Shown here: positions 62,668-64,000 of the stretch, piece after piece
Layout of the letters: every line of letters begins with the position of its first letter
Numbering within the stretch: the first letter of the stretch is position 1
The notes under the pieces: model-generated
Database searches by the model: none
Seen by the model: only the letters and a program-made list of their open reading frames with translations
What the model was told of the DNA's origin: nothing
Translations under genes and position numbers: made by a program
Source: Octopus sinensis
Lineage: Eukaryota
DNA length: 64,000 nt
Assembly (NCBI RefSeq): GCF_006345805.1
Contig: NC_043002.1
Coordinates: forward strand, 24,800,001-24,864,000
Reading direction: 5' to 3'

Positions 62668-62800
62668 CGCATGACTCAGTGGTTAGTGTGTCAGGCTCAC
62701 AGTCATGGGTTAGTGAGTTTGATTCTCAAAGTGGGCTGTGTGTTGTGCTCTTGAGCAAGGCACTTTATTTCACGTTGCTCCAGTTCACTCAGTTGTAGAA
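62668..62800 (+). mobile_element. tRNA-derived SINE head (third family), diverged
   Basis: tgactcagtggttag (A box), gagtttgattctc (B box), then tgtgctcttgagcaaggcacttta. Confidence 0.55.
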
Positions 62801-63247
62801 ATTTCATCCATTTTCATCTGGCATGATTTCTATGGCTGGAAGCCCTTTCTATCACCAACACTAGAGCTGTTGTTATGTCTTTGATAAGACCCAATGATGT
62901 CTCCACACAACTGCCAATCACTTTACTGGTGTAGTGGATGTATTTCTTTGTGGTACCCGTAGAAGAGGGATGCTGCCAAGGTAAGATTAGGGTTCACGTA
63001 AAAGACACCATTGGAGCATGATCGTTACCAGCATTGCCTTACTGGCACCTGTGCCGGTGGCATGTGTATAAGATTCGAGTGAGATCGTTGCTAGCACCGC
63101 CTGACTGGCCCCATGCCAGTGGCACATAAAAGCACCCACTACACTCTCGGAGTGGTTGGCATCCTAGTTTTCCAGTATTTAGTTTTCAATGAACACTGGA
63201 AAACTAGGATGCAAACATCCCTTAAAGGATTATAGGTCCTCAGCATG

Positions 63248-63287
<40 letters not shown>

Positions 63288-63579
63288 TATGGTGATGCAA
63301 GCATGAAGAATTGTACTCAAACTAAGAGTGTATGAGTATATGTATGTTTGTATTATTATTTAGCAGAAGCAACAGAGTGACTCAAGGTCCCAGAGTCTCT
63401 TACGTTGGCACTTATCAAACTAGTTACAGGCTGAAGAATAGTGGGTTTACCTAGCTGGTGAGAATTACATTTTCCTCTGAATTGTTCTAGATTGAAATTT
63501 AAAGCATAATAATATAACAATACATACATACATGCATGCATACATATAAGTATGTATGTATTATGTATGCATGCGCGTG

Positions 63580-63740
63580 ACTGGCTTTCACAGTTTTTTG
63601 CTTATCACATTCACTCACAAGGAATTGGTTAGTCTGGAGCTATTGTAGAAGACATTTGCCAAAGATGTCATACTGTGGGATTGAACTTACTATCTCCTGA
63701 TAGTGAAGAAAACACGTCTTAACTAGTCAGTCATGCTTAT
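63580..63740 (-). mobile_element. SINE family B 5' fragment, diverged
   Basis: cactcacaagg...gctattgtagaagacatttgccaaagatgtcatactgtgggattgaac. Confidence 0.6.
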
Positions 63741-63837
63741 ATCCATGTAGATAAGCAACCAATGAGACACCACATAAACATATACACAAAGGCATGCATA
63801 GAAGCACATTAACATATATGCAAATATTGATGCGTAC

Positions 63838-63872
<35 letters not shown>

Positions 63873-63875
<3 letters not shown>

Positions 63876-64000
63876 TTATATATAAAAGTGAAGTTGTGTG
63901 TCTGTCTCCTACGATTTAGATTCCTAACTACTCCCACATTTTGCGGTGCAGTTTAACCAAAACCGGGTATCTTATAGTTGTGATTCATATCGAGCCCTTC
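63873..64000 (+). mobile_element. Possible 5' end of a non-autonomous Helitron (runs off the window)
   Basis: A|TCtttatatataaaa...gtgtgtctgtct start after (TA)n, resembling Helitron-N 5' ends. Confidence 0.4.

Overview
Eukaryotic, AT-rich, repeat-dense animal DNA. The SINE/RTE repertoire and the effector-less poly-C2H2 genes suggest a cephalopod (octopus-like) genome, but that is inference. The only host genes are two convergent, single-coding-exon tandem C2H2 zinc-finger genes: 4793-6076 (+, 15 fingers) and 18525-20081 (-, 18 fingers). The rest is mobile or repetitive DNA: tRNA-derived SINEs, RTE and CR1/L2-group LINEs, an internally deleted Helitron, several MITEs, a foldback element (1630-3190), and a young but crippled Ty3/Gypsy element (54281-60110) nested in an older LTR. 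Most interesting: (i) a ~10.7-kb satellite of ~370-490-bp units with duplicated internal inversions, whose monomer is also the core of a palindromic TIR-bounded element at 45536-50323, which suggests a transposon-to-satellite transition; (ii) non-coding, inverted-repeat, Penelope/retrozyme-like elements at 40.7-45.5 kb carrying three readable type I hammerhead ribozyme cores. All coordinates were read by eye, and the boundaries of old repeats are approximate.
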